In this document: piece after piece, positions 17,114 to 20,000 of the stretch
Layout: each line of letters begins with the position of its first letter
How positions within the stretch are numbered: the first letter of the stretch is position 1
Virus record (IMG/VR): IMGVR_UViG_3300037808_001436
Source of the DNA: an uncultured virus (IMG/VR IMGVR_UViG_3300037808_001436)
Lineage: Duplodnaviria; Heunggongvirae; Uroviricota; Caudoviricetes
Strand: one strand, 5' to 3'
Length of the DNA stretch: 20,000 nucleotides
The notes under the pieces: generated by a model
Told to the model about the DNA's origin: nothing
Seen by the model: the letters and a program-made list of their open reading frames with translations, nothing else
The model's database searches: none
Program-made: the position numbers and the translations under genes

Positions 17114-17446
17114 ATGGAAGTTATAGAAAAGCCGTGGGGATTTGAGCTTATTTGGGCTAAGACGGATAACTATGTGGGGAAGATGATACACATCAATCCA
17201 AAACAGAGGCTGTCTTTACAATATCATAACCAGAAAGAAGAAACAGTATTTGTCGTCGAAGGTACACTATTGAATTATATAGACGAAGAGACTCCACCGC
17301 AAGAAATACCGACGGGCCAGTCTTTTCACGTGAAGCCTGGCACAGTGCATAGGTTCGGCGCAGGGAAAGAGGTAGTCGAAATAATAGAAGTCTCAACGCC
17401 ACACTTAGACGACGTGGTGCGCTTGGCGGATGATTACGATAGATGA
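17114..17446 (+). CDS. Cupin, mannose-6-phosphate isomerase (type II C-terminal)-like
   Basis: EKPWG, RLSLQYH, EETVFVVEG, PGTVHRF, IIEVST, DDVVRLADDY. SD GGAG. Confidence 0.85.
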   Translation: MEVIEKPWGFELIWAKTDNYVGKMIHINPKQRLSLQYHNQKEETVFVVEGTLLNYIDEETPPQEIPTGQSFHVKPGTVHRFGAGKEVVEIIEVSTPHLDDVVRLADDYDR

Positions 17447-18204
17447 AAACTATATACTTGTTCGACGTTGATGGTACATTGACACCCGCCAAAGCCCGCA
17501 TCAATTTCAACTTCTCCAACGATCTTCGTGACTGGTTGGAGGGCAAAGAGGTATATATCGTGTCCGGTGGCTCATTCGAGAGGATCATCGATCAACTTGG
17601 TATTTCCATTGTTGACAGGGTGGCAGGCGTGTTTGCTTGTATGGGTAACACATTCTATCAGAAGTTCGACAGTGGCCAAGGTGGACTGTATAGTGAGTGG
17701 CAGTCGGTATACGAAAACAGCTTTAAAGCACCACGTGGTTTTTATAAACAGCTTGATAGGGTGGTGGCCGACAGCACATACGGCGGCAAGACCGAGCGAC
17801 ACTACGAAGAACGTGTTGGAATGGTGAATTTCTCTATTGTCGGTAGAGCCGCCACACAACCGCAACGAAAAGCATATGCCGACTACGATGCAATGGAAAA
17901 AGAGCGAGAACAAATAGTTAAAGTTCTCTCTAAGAGATACAAGAGCTTAGACTTTGTGATCGGCGGCGCAGTCAGCATTGATATTTTCAACAACGGGAAC
18001 GACAAGTCACAGATCATAGACAGACATTTTAAAGATACGATTAAAACCCACAAGATAGCGTTTGTAGGCGACAGAATACCTGCCGGCGGCAACGACCACG
18101 CTCTTGCAGAGAAACTCCGTCAGCACCCAAATGGGGAGGCTTATGAGGTAGAATCGTGGCAAGACACGGCCAAACTACTTAAGACTCCTCCATTTACTAG
18201 TTGA
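17443..18204 (+). CDS. Eukaryote-type phosphomannomutase (HAD subfamily IIB)
   Basis: LFDVDGTLTP, ERVGMVNFSIVGR, GGAVSIDIF, DK, FVGDR...GGNDH closely parallel PMM2/Sec53 motifs. Confidence 0.88.
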   Translation: MKTIYLFDVDGTLTPAKARINFNFSNDLRDWLEGKEVYIVSGGSFERIIDQLGISIVDRVAGVFACMGNTFYQKFDSGQGGLYSEWQSVYENSFKAPRGFYKQLDRVVADSTYGGKTERHYEERVGMVNFSIVGRAATQPQRKAYADYDAMEKEREQIVKVLSKRYKSLDFVIGGAVSIDIFNNGNDKSQIIDRHFKDTIKTHKIAFVGDRIPAGGNDHALAEKLRQHPNGEAYEVESWQDTAKLLKTPPFTS

Positions 18205-18216
18205 TAGTAGAAATAA

Positions 18217-18228
18217 CAACTATTTATA
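18217..18228 (+). promoter_or_regulatory. Putative phage late-promoter motif CAACTATTTATA (second copy)
   Basis: Identical to 10037-10048, intergenic, upstream of ATG 18257. Confidence 0.6.
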
Positions 18229-18256
18229 GTGTATTGAAACATTAAGAGGAAAAATA

Positions 18257-20000
18257 ATGGACATTTCTACAGGAAGCTGGTTTAAATATCTTCGAGAAGA
18301 AGTTTTAACGGAGGGCCTGCGAGACATCGGGCTACCCGAGATCATCGTTGATTTTATTGAGGAAGGCATGCCGAATGCTCCCGAGAAGTCAAAGATGTAC
18401 GCAGGCAACAACTGGAAAGAACACAAGCTGGGCAACCCCGGCTACATTGATAGCACTCAACAGAGCTGGCTGGTTGAGATGGAACTGCTGTTTCACGACC
18501 AGATACAGCTTCCACGCGCAACCCACAATCCAGTCCAAGCACGCACAGTTGAACCATATGATGCGAGCGCCGTCCGTACAACTCCACGCGCCACATACGA
18601 CGACGAAACCATCGAGCAAAACAAGAAGATCGCATTTGTTGCAGACAATATAAAGCAAGCGTGGGCAAAGCCTGCCGGCACTTGGCGCAAGACATTTATG
18701 AAAGCACTGAAGGCACTGAGCAAAGCAGGTGTGCCTTCCGAGAAAGTTGAGGTTGTGAAAGAGTACCTCAATAAGCAGATGCTAAATGAGTGGAGAACAT
18801 ACTGGGGCAGATATAACGAGTTGTTCTCTTGGCTCAACGACGAACCAACGAACTACGAAATGATCAAGGGCGATGATATTGACAACGCATACAATACTGC
18901 CATGCAAGACTTGGAGAACCGAGAAGATCCAGATAATATCATCCACACCTTTGAAGACGGCTCGTACTGGTACAACTTGCAGGTGTCTAACTGCTCCGTA
19001 GAGGGCGAGCGAATGGGACACTGCGGCTCTGACTCTCGCGGTGTGCTAGTCTCGCTCCGCAAGCGCCAAAGCGCACGCAAAGCATCATCGTCTTATGTCA
19101 CGATGACTTGGGATGGCGAGACTCTTTACCAGATCAAGGGACGCTCTAACGACGCACCCCCCGAAGAAATGTGGGATCACATCGACTGGTTCATTAAAAA
19201 TATGGGCATCACATCGGTGGAAGAAGCCGGCGAACATTCAAACGATTATGACGGCTTTCAGGAGATGAATGATTATCTATCCACCCGAAACCGTCACGTT
19301 AACTTTACCGGTCAGATTGATGAAGCTGCCATCCAAGAAGCTGTGGACGAAGTTGTTAACGATTACGAGGGCGAGAACTCATCGATCTACGGTGAAGTTA
19401 ACGGACCAGACGATCACGGCGGAGTAGACGTATACGTTTATATGAACGCCGAGTGTAACATACAGATCGACCTAGGTTGGAAAGGGTTTAGAGCCGGAAA
19501 CAACGAATTCAGCGCCACCCTTGGCCCCGACGATGGCACTCCAGACGAGCGCTTTGAAACGATTCCCCAGAACACTTGGGGAACCTCAGCAAGAGACTTT
19601 ACCAGCGAAGTAGACATAGATGAACTTGGTTACGATCTGCCTGGCGAGGGCGAGGTTGAATGGGACGTTGAGATGCTCACAGGCGCCCAGCCAGACGACG
19701 AAGATATCGACCCAAACTATCCGGCAACCGCACACCTTATAGTTTCGATAAGAACTATGGAGCAGGAGCCAGCCGACGATCCAGACGATGCTGCCCGAAA
19801 CATGCGATACTTTAGCGAGTCGGTTATAGAAAACTTCGAGGATGTTTATGAGGAACTCAAAGAGAAGCTCCGCTCCAAACTAGCAGAAGGAGGCTACTCA
19901 GCCAAGACCCCCTTTGATCGTGAGAAGCAAGGCATGAGCGCGATGGAGCTTGACAACTGGAAGATCTGGCAAGACGGACCCAAGATGGAGTTTTGGTTCA
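18257..20000 (+). CDS. Large protein with a PcfJ-like domain, 3'-truncated (absent from the ORF track)
   Basis: Manual translation from ATG 18257 (SD GAGG) is open for 581 codons to the window end: MDISTGSWFKYLREEVLTEG... It includes EGERMGHCG (19001), VSLRK, YVTM and QIKGRSN (19130), and an acidic distal half. Confidence 0.85.
   Translation, partial: MDISTGSWFKYLREEVLTEGLRDIGLPEIIVDFIEEGMPNAPEKSKMYAGNNWKEHKLGNPGYIDSTQQSWLVEMELLFHDQIQLPRATHNPVQARTVEPYDASAVRTTPRATYDDETIEQNKKIAFVADNIKQAWAKPAGTWRKTFMKALKALSKAGVPSEKVEVVKEYLNKQMLNEWRTYWGRYNELFSWLNDEPTNYEMIKGDDIDNAYNTAMQDLENREDPDNIIHTFEDGSYWYNLQVSNCSVEGERMGHCGSDSRGVLVSLRKRQSARKASSSYVTMTWDGETLYQIKGRSNDAPPEEMWDHIDWFIKNMGITSVEEAGEHSNDYDGFQEMNDYLSTRNRHVNFTGQIDEAAIQEAVDEVVNDYEGENSSIYGEVNGPDDHGGVDVYVYMNAECNIQIDLGWKGFRAGNNEFSATLGPDDGTPDERFETIPQNTWGTSARDFTSEVDIDELGYDLPGEGEVEWDVEMLTGAQPDDEDIDPNYPATAHLIVSIRTMEQEPADDPDDAARNMRYFSESVIENFEDVYEELKEKLRSKLAEGGYSAKTPFDREKQGMSAMELDNWKIWQDGPKMEFWF

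Noticed and set aside
524..19080. Many minus-strand and alternative-frame ORFs in the track (for example 6886-7437, 7346-7834, 14882-15361, 18348-18653)
   Set aside because: All lie within or antisense to well-supported + strand genes, including the unlisted ORF from 18257, and show no recognisable motifs. Treated as shadow ORFs.
1..20000. Stop-codon reassignment as seen in some large phages
   Set aside because: TAA, TAG (for example 4420-4422, 8364-8366) and TGA all end genes at natural family boundaries, and coding density is high under the standard code.
1..20000. tRNA, rRNA or structured ncRNA genes, and IS or integrase elements
   Set aside because: All intergenic gaps are under about 80 bp and are explained by promoters, SD sites or the terminator. 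No cloverleaf, transposase or recombinase motifs were seen.

Overview
A dense, entirely + strand gene array that reads like a large (jumbo-type) dsDNA bacteriophage genome rather than a cellular chromosome. This is an inference from gene content: divergent DnaE, dUTPase, phage-type Dam, GroEL with no adjacent GroES, many orphan ORFs, and tight or overlapping junctions. In order it holds a 5'-truncated DNA Pol III alpha, ClpP-like protease 1, a J-domain protein, a GapR/DsbA-like DNA-binding protein, a MORC-like GHKL ATPase, dUTPase, a Dam-type methyltransferase, small orphans, a thioredoxin and an IMPDH/GMPR enzyme. These are followed by an RHH-like protein, a stand-alone Cys-rich sigma70 region-4 protein, an acidic repeat protein, ClpP-like protease 2 (catalytic Asp replaced by Asn), a PD-(D/E)XK-like protein and GroEL. 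The last part holds an FlbD-like protein, a degenerate D12-class methylase, a 4-TM protein, a PMI-like cupin, a eukaryote-type phosphomannomutase, and a 3'-truncated large PcfJ-domain ORF that the ORF track missed. The main unexplained structure is a two-tier promoter pattern. A CTATTTAT motif lies 37-66 bp upstream of four genes, and a near-perfect sigma70 promoter begins within 2-7 bp of the stop codon of each of the three that end in the window. Also notable are a sigma4 mimic with altered -35-reading residues and a clustered proteostasis gene set. All family calls come from motif recognition by eye; no searches were run.
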